From contig CAZZLY010000001.1 in the NCBI GenBank assembly GCA_964655175.1, positions 95,049 through 159,048 of the forward strand: 64,000 nt of DNA, in the 5' to 3' direction. The notes under the pieces were generated by a model. That model did not search any database, was not told the DNA's origin, and saw only the letters and a list, made by a program, of their open reading frames with translations. The stretch's first letter is position 1. Each line of letters opens with the position of its first letter. Shown here piece by piece: positions 28,850 to 38,743 of the stretch. Both the position numbers and the translations under genes were made by a program. The stretch is from an uncultured bacterium (GTDB lineage: Bacteria > Eisenbacteria > RBG-16-71-46).

Positions 28850-30547
28850 ATGGACGCGTTCGATCACGCCTCGCGACTCGAGGCGCGCGAGGTTCCCGGC
28901 TTCGCCACGCCCGAATGGGCCAAGCACGCGGTCTGGTACCAGATCATGGTGGACCGATTCCGCCGCGGTGCCGGCGCTCCGCCGCGCGCACACGTGCGCG
29001 ACTGGCGTCAGGCGTGGGACGAGCCGAGCCCGTGGGAGGCCGCCGACCCGCGCGATCCGTATCGCGGCTGGATCTGGGAGCGGCAGTTGGGCGGCGACCT
29101 CGCGGGGTTGCGTGAGGCGTTCCCGTACCTGCGCGAGCTCGGGGTGAACGCGCTCTACCTGCTGCCCGTGTTCCAGGCCGAGAGCCCGCACAAATACAAC
29201 GCCACGAACTACCTGCACATCGACGAGCGCTATGGCACCGGCGCGCCCTATGCGGCGAACGAGGCGGTCGAGGACCTGCTCGATCCATCGACGTGGCGAT
29301 TCGATGCGAACGACCGGTTGTTCCTCGAGGTGCTGCGCGACGCCAAGCGCGCCGGCTTCCGCGTGATCCTCGACGGGGTGTTCAACCACGTCGGGACCGC
29401 GCACCCGGCGTTCCGGGACGTGCGCGAGAAGGGCCCCGCCAGCCGCTACGCGGATTGGTTCGAGATCGAGTCGTGGGAGCCGTTCCGCTATCGCGGCTGG
29501 TTCGGGCACGGCTCGCTGCCGCAGTTCGCCAAGGACGAGGAGCACGGCCTCGCCAGTGCGAGCCTGCGTCAGCACGTGTTCGACGTGACCCGGCGCTGGA
29601 TGGATCCCGACGGGGATGGCGATCCGTCGGATGGCATCGACGGGTGGCGTCTGGACGTGCCCAACGAGGTCCCGATCGCGTTCTGGCAGGAGTGGCGTCG
29701 ACTCGTGAAGTCCATCAATCCGGAGGCCTACATCACCGGCGAGATCTGGACCCCGGCGCAGCCGTGGCTGCAGGGCGACGCCTTCGACGCGGTCATGAAC
29801 TACGAGTTCGCCACGCCGGTCGTGGCGTGGGTGTTCGACCGTCGTCTGCGCATCCGGGCGCGCGAGTTCGACCGGCGACTGCACGAGGTGCGCGACCGGC
29901 ATCCGAGCGAGTCCACTTACGTGATGCAGAATCTGCTCGACAGTCATGACACCGATCGCGCGGTGAGCATGGCGCGCAATCCCGACCGCGTGTACAACAA
30001 GCTCAATCGCGTGCAGGACACGCCCGAATACGTCGGGGCCAAGCCCGGACCCGAGGAGTACCGACGGCTGCGGCTCGCGGCGCTCATCCAGATGACCTAC
30101 GTGGGTGCGCCCATGATCTGGTACGGCACCGAGGTCGGCATGTGGGGCGCCAACGATCCGCACAATCGCCGTCCCATGCTGTGGCCGGAACTCGAGCCCT
30201 ACGGCGACGCGCCGGACAACGCGATCATGCCCGACCTGCTCGCGTGGTACCGCCGCGTCATCGCCCTGCGCAACGCGCATCCCGCGCTGCGCATCGGCAG
30301 CTTCCGCACGGTGTTCGTGGACGACGTGCTGGACGTGTGGGCCTTCGTCCGCGAGTCGCAGGGCGAGGAACTCCTGGTCGTCACCAGCATGGCCGAGCGC
30401 GCGCAGCGCGTGCCGCTGCCCATCGAACTCGGGGGCGGGTGGACGCCGGTGTTCGGCGAGGAGCCCGCCGGCATGGTCGATCGCTTCCCCGACGTCGTCG
30501 TGGGACCGATCACCGGCCGCGTCTGGCATCGCGGCGGCGAGCGATGA
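28850..30547 (+). CDS. Cytoplasmic GH13 alpha-amylase family enzyme (neopullulanase/cyclomaltodextrinase-like)
   Basis: GH13 regions I-IV (…VILDGVFNHVGTAH…, …GWRLDVPNEV…, …ITGEIW…, …LLDSHDT…); no signal peptide; AGGAGG RBS at 28835-28840. Confidence 0.85.
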   Translation: MDAFDHASRLEAREVPGFATPEWAKHAVWYQIMVDRFRRGAGAPPRAHVRDWRQAWDEPSPWEAADPRDPYRGWIWERQLGGDLAGLREAFPYLRELGVNALYLLPVFQAESPHKYNATNYLHIDERYGTGAPYAANEAVEDLLDPSTWRFDANDRLFLEVLRDAKRAGFRVILDGVFNHVGTAHPAFRDVREKGPASRYADWFEIESWEPFRYRGWFGHGSLPQFAKDEEHGLASASLRQHVFDVTRRWMDPDGDGDPSDGIDGWRLDVPNEVPIAFWQEWRRLVKSINPEAYITGEIWTPAQPWLQGDAFDAVMNYEFATPVVAWVFDRRLRIRAREFDRRLHEVRDRHPSESTYVMQNLLDSHDTDRAVSMARNPDRVYNKLNRVQDTPEYVGAKPGPEEYRRLRLAALIQMTYVGAPMIWYGTEVGMWGANDPHNRRPMLWPELEPYGDAPDNAIMPDLLAWYRRVIALRNAHPALRIGSFRTVFVDDVLDVWAFVRESQGEELLVVTSMAERAQRVPLPIELGGGWTPVFGEEPAGMVDRFPDVVVGPITGRVWHRGGER

Positions 30548-31965
30548 GCCGTCCACCCGGGTTGTTCGATCGTCGTCGTGCGGGCGTGCTGCTCCACCTG
30601 TCGAGTCTGCCCGGCCCGCACGGGATCGGGGGGCTCGGGCCCGAGGCGCTGCGCTTCGTCGACTGGTGCGCGACGGCGGGGCTGTCGCTCTGGCAGATGC
30701 TGCCGATCGGACCCGTCGGGGGCGGCGAGAGTCCGTACTCGGCCACCAGCAGCTTCGCCGGCGAGCCGTTGTTCGTGAGCCTCGAATGGCTCGCCGACGA
30801 CGGCCTGCTGCCGCGGGCGCGCCTCGCGGCGCCGGTCGCGTTCGGCCGCGGCCCGGTGCGCTATGCGGCCGCGCGAGCCTTCAAGTGGGCCCGCTTCACC
30901 GAAGCGCACGAGCGGTTCGAGCGCAAGGGCGGCCCCTCGTCGCGGACCTACCGTGCGTTCACCCGCACGCACGCCTCGTGGCTGCCGGGTTGGTCGCGCT
31001 TCTCGGCCCAGCGTCACGGCGGCTCCGAGGCGCTGCAGGCGTTCGTGCAGTACGTGTTCGCCACGCAATGGGAGCGCCTGCGCGTGCACGCCGGGCTGCA
31101 GGGCGTGCATCTGGTCGGGGATCTGCCGATCTTCGTCACGCAGGATTCCGCCGACGTGCAGGACCGCCCCGAACTGTTCCGGCTGGGCAAGGGAGGGCGA
31201 CCGCGCGTGGTGACCGGGGTGCCGCCGGACTGCTTCTCGGCCGACGGCCAGCTCTGGGGGCATCCGCACTACGCCTGGGCCGCGCATCGGCGCGAGCGGT
31301 TCCACTGGTGGATCGAACGCGTGCGTTTGGCGCTCGAGCGCTTCGATGCGTTGCGCATCGATCATTTCGTGGGGTTCGTCCACGCCTACGAGATCCCCGG
31401 CGATGCGACCTCGGCGCGGATCGGTCGTTGGCGGCCCACGCCGGGTCGTGAACTGCTCACCGCGGTACGTCGTGCGCTCGGGCCGCTGCCGCTCATCGCC
31501 GAGGACCTGGGCAACGTGACGCGCGAGGTGGTGCGTCTGCGCGAGGATTTCGGGTTGCCCGGCATGAAGCTGCTGCACAACGCGTTCTACGACCCCGACC
31601 ATCCCGACCTGCCGCATCACCATCCGCTCGATGCCGTGGTCTATCCGGGCACGCACGACAACGACACCTCGCGCGGTTGGGTGAGGGGGCTGTCGCGCGA
31701 GGTGCGGGAGCGGTTCGTACGTGTGGCGGGTGGGGACGTGCGCCGTCCCGAGGAGGCCCTCGTGCGCATGGCCTGGGGCAGTACCGCCCGCACCGCGATC
31801 GCCTCGATGCAGGACCTGCTCGGGCTGGGCCCGGAAGCCCGGCTCAACGTGCCCGGGGTGGCCGAGGGCAACTGGGTCTGGCGCATGGCTCCGGGGGCGC
31901 CCACAGGGCCTCTGGCGGCCCGTCTGCGGGCTCTGACGGCCGATACCGGCCGGCTGCCCGGCTGA
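30544..31965 (+). CDS. malQ: 4-alpha-glucanotransferase (amylomaltase, GH77)
   Basis: MSRPPGLFDRRRAGVLLHLSSLPGPHGIGGLGPEALRFVDW…SPYSATSSFAGEPLFVSLE… GH77 N-terminal signature; ATGA overlap with upstream GH13. Confidence 0.85.
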   Translation: MSRPPGLFDRRRAGVLLHLSSLPGPHGIGGLGPEALRFVDWCATAGLSLWQMLPIGPVGGGESPYSATSSFAGEPLFVSLEWLADDGLLPRARLAAPVAFGRGPVRYAAARAFKWARFTEAHERFERKGGPSSRTYRAFTRTHASWLPGWSRFSAQRHGGSEALQAFVQYVFATQWERLRVHAGLQGVHLVGDLPIFVTQDSADVQDRPELFRLGKGGRPRVVTGVPPDCFSADGQLWGHPHYAWAAHRRERFHWWIERVRLALERFDALRIDHFVGFVHAYEIPGDATSARIGRWRPTPGRELLTAVRRALGPLPLIAEDLGNVTREVVRLREDFGLPGMKLLHNAFYDPDHPDLPHHHPLDAVVYPGTHDNDTSRGWVRGLSREVRERFVRVAGGDVRRPEEALVRMAWGSTARTAIASMQDLLGLGPEARLNVPGVAEGNWVWRMAPGAPTGPLAARLRALTADTGRLPG

Positions 31966-32025
31966 GGCCCCGTCGGCGCGCCTGCGGGCGTGCTGGCGCG
32001 TTCAGACCGCGGCCCAGAGGAAACA

Positions 32026-32062
32026 GGACGGCCCCCGTCGGGATCCCGACGGGGGCCGTTCC
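32026..32062. terminator. Bidirectional rho-independent-type hairpin between convergent malQ and GH13 genes
   Basis: GGACGGCCCCCGTCGGG-ATC-CCGACGGGGGCCGTTCC near-perfect 17-bp inverted repeat. Confidence 0.6.
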
Positions 32063-32076
32063 GTGATGCGGTGACG

Positions 32077-34614
32077 TCAGAGGCGAACGAGCCGGGCGGT
32101 ACGCAGGCCCTCGGGGGTGCGCAGCTGCACGAAGTAAAGGCCCGGGGCGCTCGTGTGACCGCGGCCGTCGCGGCCGTCCCACGCCAGCAGGTGGTCGCCG
32201 CTCTCGTACACGCCGTCCGCGACCACCGCGACCTCACGGCCGGACACGTCGTGCACCGACAGGCGGACCGCCGCGCGGGTCGGGAGCGTGAACGACAGCG
32301 CCGAGGCGCGGTTCGTCGGGTTGGGCCACGGCGCGGCCAGCGCGAGCGTGGACGCCCGCGGGGCCGGGGGCGCGACACCGACGAACGAGTTCGGAGCGAG
32401 CACGATGAACGCCATCTTCGGCACCTTGAGCGTGATCGACTGATTGAAGCCGTCGTACGCACCGCCGTTGGCGAGCAGCGTGCCGGCGTTGGACGGACCC
32501 GAACCGCCGTAGCGCGTGTCCTGGCTGTTCACCAGTTCGGTCCACGTGCCGCCCTGCGGCATACCGATCTGGTAGATGGGGTAGTCGGTGTTCGACCAGT
32601 TGGCCAGGATCACGATCGGGTTGCCGCTCCCGTCCGTGCGGCGCCAGCCGATGACGTTGCCGGCCTCGTTGACGTGGAACACGTGCGTCGCACTGTTCGC
32701 GAACAGCGGCGCGAGCGACGTGCGCAGCGAGATGAGGCGGCTGAAGAACGCGTACACGCCCGCGCCCACGGTGCCCGTCTTCTTGGACCAGTCGAGACGG
32801 CCGGTGTTGTCGGGGGCGGGGTTGAACGGGTTGGACTCGAGCCATTCGTCGCCCTGCAGCATGGCCGGCACGCCCATCGAGGTGAGCGTGGTGCCGAGCG
32901 CCAGCAGCGTGCGGCCGCGCGCCCAGACGTCGTCGTGCGGTGCGGTCGAGTCGATGGTCTTGCACAGGCGCTGGCCACCGGTGGACGGCCACGCCTCGTC
33001 GTGCAACTGCACGTAGTGGTACGCGCGCTGCTGCTGCACGTAGTACCCGGCACCCAGGAGCGCGGTGCGGACGTCGTTCATGCTCGGATCGCCGAAGGCG
33101 GCCGCGAACACGGCGTTCCGGATGTTGTCGCGGAACTGCATGCTGTACTGGCTGTCGAAGCCGGCGCCGCCCAGGCTCGTGGGCGTCGAGACGGCGGCTT
33201 CGGTGGGCAGGTTCTCGGCGATCGTGACCTTGTCCACGAAGCGCTGGTTCTTCTCGTTGTTGAACCGCTGCATGATGGACCAGCCCGACGAGACGTTGGG
33301 GCCGACCTTCATGAACGCGGTGCCGTCCATGCGGAAGCCGTCGAGGTGGTACTCGTTCATCCAGACGTGCGCGCTGTGCGCGATCTGCTCGGCGACGGCG
33401 GGGCGGCTGAAGTTGGGCTGCGAACCCCAGGGCGTCGAGGCGTCCGGCGTGCAGAACCACGACTGCGTACCGTCGTAGTTCCACAGGTAGTTGTCGGTCG
33501 GCGAGTAGTGGTTCCAGACGAGGTCGAGCAGCACCGCGATGCCGTTGCGGTGGAGCGTGTTCACCATGGCCTTGAACTCGTCCGGCGTGCCGTAGCTGCC
33601 CTCGGGCGCGAAGAACGTCACCGGGTTGTAGCCGGCCGAGATGTTGGACGGGTACTCGGTGATCGGACACAGCTGCACCGCGTTCACGCCGAGCGCCTTG
33701 AGGTGCGCCACGCGCGCCGTCACGTCGGCGAAGCGCGACGGGTTGGGCGTCGTGCCCGCCGGGTCGTTGAGGCCGGCGAACGTGCCCACGTGCATCTGGT
33801 AGATGACCATGCGGTCGAGCGACGGCGTCGTCCAGCTCGTGTCGGTCCACGTGTAGCGGAACGGGTTCTCGACGATCGAGTTGTAGCCCGCCGGGGCGTT
33901 GAATGCGCGCGCGATCGGGTCCGGCGCGTAGCCGCCGTCGGCGGTGCGCGTCGGGAAGTAGAACTTGTACTCCGAGCGGTCGGTGACGTTGAGCCCGCGC
34001 GCGGTGAACCACTCGCCGGTCTTGGTCATGGCGAGCGTGTTCCAGTTGTTGAACGCGCCGCGCACGTAAGCCGTCGCGACGTCGGGCGCCCAGACCTTGA
34101 ACACGGCGGCGCCGCCGTTGACGAGGGTGGCACCCGGCGGCGCGTGCTCGAACGTCGTGAAGTTGATGCCGAAGCCTGCGGCATCGGCGGGCACGGTGGC
34201 GGTGATGCCGTTCGTGCTCAGGTAGGCGTTGTTGGCGCCGTCCGTGTACTGGATCCAGTACCGCTCGGTGGTGGAGGCCGTGGCCGGGATCTGCGCGGCC
34301 CACAGGTCGTAGGGCCCACGCGTGCCGATGCGCGAGGCCGCGATCGTGGAGGAGGTCGCGCCGACGATCAGGCGCACCGAGGCGGACGTGAGGTCGTTGC
34401 GATACGACTGGAAGCGCACCTGGAACGATTCGCCGTTCACAGGACACAGGGGCCGACGATCCTGCCAGGGGTAGTGCGAGAGGCCGTTCCACTCGACGTT
34501 CCCATCCGCGGACGCGGCGAACGACGAACCGACCGACAGGCACAGCAGGAGGCCCGTGAGGACCGAGGTCATTCTCTGGTGCAGGCGCATGCATCCTCCA
34601 TGGAGTGGCTTCAA
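32077..34614 (-). CDS. Secreted GH13 enzyme with CBM48 module (branching/debranching-enzyme-like, GlgB-type catalytic core) and C-terminal FlgD-Ig/T9SS-type sorting domain
   Basis: Signal peptide; CBM48 (…VFKVWAPDVATAYVRGAFNNWN…YKFYF); GH13 core (…MHVGTF…, …AVLLDLVWNHYS…, …YHLDGFRMDGTAFM…); C-terminal …VRLSVHDVSGREVAVV…LAWDGRDGRG…GLYFVQL… CTD. Confidence 0.8.
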   Translation of the reverse strand: MKPLHGGCMRLHQRMTSVLTGLLLCLSVGSSFAASADGNVEWNGLSHYPWQDRRPLCPVNGESFQVRFQSYRNDLTSASVRLIVGATSSTIAASRIGTRGPYDLWAAQIPATASTTERYWIQYTDGANNAYLSTNGITATVPADAAGFGINFTTFEHAPPGATLVNGGAAVFKVWAPDVATAYVRGAFNNWNTLAMTKTGEWFTARGLNVTDRSEYKFYFPTRTADGGYAPDPIARAFNAPAGYNSIVENPFRYTWTDTSWTTPSLDRMVIYQMHVGTFAGLNDPAGTTPNPSRFADVTARVAHLKALGVNAVQLCPITEYPSNISAGYNPVTFFAPEGSYGTPDEFKAMVNTLHRNGIAVLLDLVWNHYSPTDNYLWNYDGTQSWFCTPDASTPWGSQPNFSRPAVAEQIAHSAHVWMNEYHLDGFRMDGTAFMKVGPNVSSGWSIMQRFNNEKNQRFVDKVTIAENLPTEAAVSTPTSLGGAGFDSQYSMQFRDNIRNAVFAAAFGDPSMNDVRTALLGAGYYVQQQRAYHYVQLHDEAWPSTGGQRLCKTIDSTAPHDDVWARGRTLLALGTTLTSMGVPAMLQGDEWLESNPFNPAPDNTGRLDWSKKTGTVGAGVYAFFSRLISLRTSLAPLFANSATHVFHVNEAGNVIGWRRTDGSGNPIVILANWSNTDYPIYQIGMPQGGTWTELVNSQDTRYGGSGPSNAGTLLANGGAYDGFNQSITLKVPKMAFIVLAPNSFVGVAPPAPRASTLALAAPWPNPTNRASALSFTLPTRAAVRLSVHDVSGREVAVVADGVYESGDHLLAWDGRDGRGHTSAPGLYFVQLRTPEGLRTARLVRL

Positions 34615-34746
34615 GGATAGCGATGCGAACGGGTCCGCAGCAAGGGCCGACCGCGGTCGGGCACGGCCATAAGGGATGCGATAACCTATTCAGCGTCGGT
34701 AAGATACGGCAATCCGGCAAGTGCACCCGAACAGGAGGGCTCCGCC

Positions 34747-35937
34747 ATGCGCGCAAGGTACGGTTGGGCGATCGGTGCGGTGGTCTGCGGCGTCGTGGGC
34801 CTCTCGTCGGGCGCCGCCGCCGCGGTCCGGTTCGAGGTCCGCGTGCCGGCGAGCACGCCGCCCGACGCGGTGCTGCAGATCTGCGGGGACCGGACCGAGC
34901 TGGGGATGTGGAGCGGCCGCGGCGTGCGGCTGACGCGACTCGAGGACGGCCGGCACGTGGGCGAGGTCGAGCTGCCCGCGGGGACCCCGTTCCAGTTCAA
35001 GGTGACCCGGGGCGGCTGGGACACGGTCGAGAAATCGGCCACGGGCGAGGAGATCGCCAATCGTCAGGCCGTCGCCACCGGTGGGGCCGATACGATCGCG
35101 ATCGTGGTCGCCGGATGGCGCGACGGACTCGAGAAGCCGGTGGTGCGCCGCAGTACGATCACCGGGGACGTCCGCCGTCATGCCGCGTTCCCGTCCCGGT
35201 TCGTGTCCGCGCGCGACGTGCTCGTGTGGTTACCGCCGGGCTACGACGCCCAGCCGCGCCGCCGTTACCCCGTGGTGCTGTTCCACGACGGGCAGAACGT
35301 GTTCGACGGCGCGACGAGTTTCCTGCCGGGCTTGGAGTGGGGCGCCGACGAGACCGCCGACCATCTGATCCGCAGCGGTCGCATGGCCCCGTGCATCGTG
35401 GTGGCGGTCGCCAACTCGCCGCAGCGGCGCGACGACTACACGTTCGAGGTGGACGGCCGATACGGTGGCGGTCGGTCGGCCGAGTACGCGCGCTTCCTGA
35501 TCGAGGAACTGTTGCCGTTCCTGGATCGCACCTATCGCACGCGCACGCAGGCCGCCGATCGTACGGTGATCGGTTCGTCGCTCGGCGGGCTCGTCTCGCT
35601 CGACCTGGGATTGCAGCATCCCGAGGTGTTCGGCCGGGTGGGCGTGATCTCGCCGGCCGTGTGGTGGGCCGATCGCGCGATCGTCGCGCGCGTGACGGCC
35701 ACCGGGCATCGGCCGCTGCGCGTCTGGCTCGACGTCGGGACCGAGGAGAGCACGCCGACCGCCGATGGGCATCGCGAGTGGCTCGAGAGTGCGGAGGCGT
35801 TGCGGGCCGCGCTCGTGGGTGCGGGCTGGCGGGAGGGACGGGACCTGCATTACGAGGTCGTCGAGGGCGCCCGGCATCAGGAGCCCGCGTGGGCGGCACG
35901 GCTCGAGCGCGTCCTGGAGTGGCTGCAGGCTCGGTGA
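34747..35937 (+). CDS. CBM20-like starch-binding module fused to alpha/beta-hydrolase 'putative esterase' (PF00756-like) domain
   Basis: Signal peptide; N-terminal …VRFEVRVPA…LQICGDRTELGMWSGRGVRL…FQFKVTRGGWDTVEK…NRQ (CBM20 hallmarks LGxW, YKF-like, W-E…NR); esterase motifs …YPVVLFHDGQNVFD…, …GSSLGG…. Confidence 0.7.
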   Translation: MRARYGWAIGAVVCGVVGLSSGAAAAVRFEVRVPASTPPDAVLQICGDRTELGMWSGRGVRLTRLEDGRHVGEVELPAGTPFQFKVTRGGWDTVEKSATGEEIANRQAVATGGADTIAIVVAGWRDGLEKPVVRRSTITGDVRRHAAFPSRFVSARDVLVWLPPGYDAQPRRRYPVVLFHDGQNVFDGATSFLPGLEWGADETADHLIRSGRMAPCIVVAVANSPQRRDDYTFEVDGRYGGGRSAEYARFLIEELLPFLDRTYRTRTQAADRTVIGSSLGGLVSLDLGLQHPEVFGRVGVISPAVWWADRAIVARVTATGHRPLRVWLDVGTEESTPTADGHREWLESAEALRAALVGAGWREGRDLHYEVVEGARHQEPAWAARLERVLEWLQAR

Positions 35938-35963
35938 CCGGGGCCGGGGGGCGGACGCGACAA

Positions 35964-35992
35964 GGCCCCGCGGGTCGGTGACCCGCGGGGCC
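35964..35992. terminator. Bidirectional hairpin terminator between convergent genes
   Basis: GGCCCCGCGGGT-CGGTG-ACCCGCGGGGCC perfect 12-bp stem. Confidence 0.6.
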
Positions 35993-36011
35993 TCGCGTGT
36001 GTTCGAGCCGC

Positions 36012-38672
36012 TCAGCGCGTGATGCGGTAGATGCGTCCCGTGCTCGCCGGGAGGTCCAGCTTCACGGTGCCGCTCCACGACTGCGCCGCGCCACCCTCGA
36101 GGGCGTCCACCGCGCGGACCGTGCCGCCCAGCACGCTCGCGTCGAAGCTCACCTGCGCGGGACCGCGGCCGGCGTTGAGCACCACGACGAACTGCGACTG
36201 CGCGTCACGACGCAGGAACGCGAACGTCTGGCCCTGCGTGGCGAGGGTGCGGAACTCGCCCGTGCGCAGCGCCGCGTTCTGCAGGCGCAGGTTGGCGGCC
36301 TTCGTGTAGTAGGCGTGCACCGCCACGCGCTTGGGATCCTTCTCCCAGTCCCACGGGAACGGGCGCCGGCAGTCGGGGTCGCGCTGACCCTCGAGCGCGA
36401 CCTCATCGCCGTAGTAGATCGCCGGGGCGCCCACGTAGGTCATCTGGAACAGGGCCGCCAGCAGCAGGCGGCTCACGTCACCGTTCGCCTGCGTCAGGTA
36501 GCGCACCGTGTCGTGGCTGTCGATCAGGTTCATCTGCACCGCGACCGACTGGCGCGGGTACGTCAGACGGCCGGTGGCGAGCGCCGCATCGAACTCGGCC
36601 GCCGTGCCCTGGCCGTTGCACAGGAACTTGAGCACCGGGTCACGGAAGAAGGCGTAGTTCATGACCGCGTCGTACATGCCGGGCTTCACGTAGTCCGAGG
36701 CGTTGCCCCACAGCTCGCCCACGATGTAGGCGTCGGGCTTGACCTTCTTGACGCGCTTGTTGAACAGCTTCCAGAACCAGAAGGGCACCTCGTTCGGCAC
36801 GTCGAGGCGCACGCCGTCGGCGTCGGCCTCCTTGAGCCAGTACTCGGTGGCGTCGAGCAGGTAGTTGACCAGTGCGACGTTGGGCTGCGCGTCCTTCACG
36901 TCGCGGACCGGGATCTCGGCCTTGTCGTCGCGCGACAGGTCGAAGTTCAGGTCGGGCAGATCGCCGAAGCCCCACCAGCAGTTGTAGTAGTCGCCGGGCT
37001 TCCAGGCGTAGCCCACGTTGGGCCAGCCCTGCGGGAGCGGATACTGCTTGAAGGTGAACCAGCTGTAGTAGGGCGAGGCGGGCCCCTTCTCGACGGCGTC
37101 CTTGAACGCCCAGTGGGCGTTGCCGCTGTGGTTGAACACGATGTCGAGGATGATGCGGATGCCGCGCGCCTTGGCCTCCTTCGCGAACGTCTTGAACTCC
37201 TCGTTCGTGCCGAAGTGCGGGTCGATCTTGCGGTAATCCGCCGCGTCGTACTTGTGCGTCGACTTGGCCTCGAACAGCGGATTGAAATAGATGATGGTCA
37301 CGCCGAGCGACTGCAGGTAATCGAGCTTCTGGCGGACGCCCTCGAGGTCGCCACCGTAGAAGGCCATCCAGTCGCGGCGATCGTTCGTGTGCGGCGCCTG
37401 CGTGAGCGCGGCGACATCGTCCCACTTCACGAGGTGGTAGTACTCCTGGAAGTCGGTGTTGATGCGACCCGAGGCGGGCAGGGTGCGCTTGCCCTCGTAG
37501 TACCACTCCTTGAAGTCGGGGTCGTTCGCCGGGTTCCCGTTGCGGAACCGGTCGGGGAAGATCTGGTAGATGATGCCGTTCTTGACCCAGTCCGGCGTGA
37601 CGAACGCGGGGAAGCGGCTGCTGTCGTAGGTGAACGCCTCGCCCTTGGCGCGCGTCGTCGACAGACCCTTGGGGCCCAGCCACGGCCCCGGCGTGCCGTC
37701 CTGATACTGGAACACGTACTGCGCGCCCTCGGGCAGCTTCACCTCGGTGCGGAAGTAGTCGTACACGCGATCGCGCTCGACCGGCGTCATCGCCACGCGC
37801 GTCTCGGTGCCCCCCGGCGCCCACCAGATCAGGTCCACGCCGGTCACGTCGTCGAGGTGCGCGCGCGTGGTGAGCTCCACCAAGCCGCCGCCGAGCGCGT
37901 TGAGTTCCTGCGCGCCCTGCGTGTGCTCGACGCCGTCGGGGAAGACCTTGCCGTCGCCGCGCTTCACTTCGATCGCGGCGAAGCGCTCGTCCACGTTCTT
38001 GATCGAGTTCTTGCCGCCGAAGCCGTCCTCGGCCTCCGCGTCCTGCCCGGCGGTGTCCTGCGTCCAGCCGTTGGAGTTCACCACGAACTTGTACTGGTAC
38101 GACCCCGGCGCGAGCAGCAGGGTGGCCGTCCACACGCCGTCGCCATCGGCGTCGCTCATGGGCGTCTTGCCCACGGTCCAGTCGTTGAACGTGCCCGCGA
38201 CGCACAGCGCATCGGGCTTACCCGTGGGGCGGAACGAGAACGTCACGGTGCGCAGGCCCAGCTTGGGCGCATCGGCCTTCTTGAGCGTGGTGCCCTGGCC
38301 CAGCGTGACCGGCTGGTCCTTGAGCGTGGCGACGGCGTTCTGGCCGCCGAAGCCGTCGGACGAGGTCTCGACGGCGTTGTCATCGGTGAACCACTGATCG
38401 CCGTTGACGACGAACTTGTACTCGATGCGGCCGGCCGGCAACTCGAACGTGGCCGACCAGATGCCGTCCTTGTCGGCATCGGCGAGCGGGTTCGCGGTCG
38501 CGTTCCAGCCGTTGAAGCTACCGGCCACTGAAACGGCGTTCACGCCGCCGATGACGGGCTGATAGCGGAACGTGACCTTGGCCGCCGAAGCGAGGCCCGT
38601 CATGCACGCGAGCAGCACGGGCACGAGGGCGAGGGCGAGGCGCGCGAGGCGCTTGGGGGTGCTGGACCGCAT
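36012..38672 (-). CDS. Secreted multi-domain GH13 alpha-amylase/neopullulanase-like enzyme with several N-terminal glycogen-binding (CBM48/AMPK-GBD-like) modules
   Basis: Start ATG at 38672 (AGGAGA RBS) with signal peptide MRSSTPKRLARLALALVPVLLACMTGLASA; repeated …GSFNGWN…YKFVVNG…W..D..N…DGFGG.N modules; GH13 core …GGDLEGV…LDYLQSLGVTIIYFNPLFEA…, …RIILDIVFNHSG…, …GVRLDVPNEV…. Confidence 0.85.
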   Translation of the reverse strand: MRSSTPKRLARLALALVPVLLACMTGLASAAKVTFRYQPVIGGVNAVSVAGSFNGWNATANPLADADKDGIWSATFELPAGRIEYKFVVNGDQWFTDDNAVETSSDGFGGQNAVATLKDQPVTLGQGTTLKKADAPKLGLRTVTFSFRPTGKPDALCVAGTFNDWTVGKTPMSDADGDGVWTATLLLAPGSYQYKFVVNSNGWTQDTAGQDAEAEDGFGGKNSIKNVDERFAAIEVKRGDGKVFPDGVEHTQGAQELNALGGGLVELTTRAHLDDVTGVDLIWWAPGGTETRVAMTPVERDRVYDYFRTEVKLPEGAQYVFQYQDGTPGPWLGPKGLSTTRAKGEAFTYDSSRFPAFVTPDWVKNGIIYQIFPDRFRNGNPANDPDFKEWYYEGKRTLPASGRINTDFQEYYHLVKWDDVAALTQAPHTNDRRDWMAFYGGDLEGVRQKLDYLQSLGVTIIYFNPLFEAKSTHKYDAADYRKIDPHFGTNEEFKTFAKEAKARGIRIILDIVFNHSGNAHWAFKDAVEKGPASPYYSWFTFKQYPLPQGWPNVGYAWKPGDYYNCWWGFGDLPDLNFDLSRDDKAEIPVRDVKDAQPNVALVNYLLDATEYWLKEADADGVRLDVPNEVPFWFWKLFNKRVKKVKPDAYIVGELWGNASDYVKPGMYDAVMNYAFFRDPVLKFLCNGQGTAAEFDAALATGRLTYPRQSVAVQMNLIDSHDTVRYLTQANGDVSRLLLAALFQMTYVGAPAIYYGDEVALEGQRDPDCRRPFPWDWEKDPKRVAVHAYYTKAANLRLQNAALRTGEFRTLATQGQTFAFLRRDAQSQFVVVLNAGRGPAQVSFDASVLGGTVRAVDALEGGAAQSWSGTVKLDLPASTGRIYRITR

Positions 38673-38743
38673 GCTTCGTCTCCTGCTCGCAGGGGGGCGG
38701 CGAGTCTGGCTCGGGGAGGTCCCGGCGGGTGCCGGGGCCGGGT

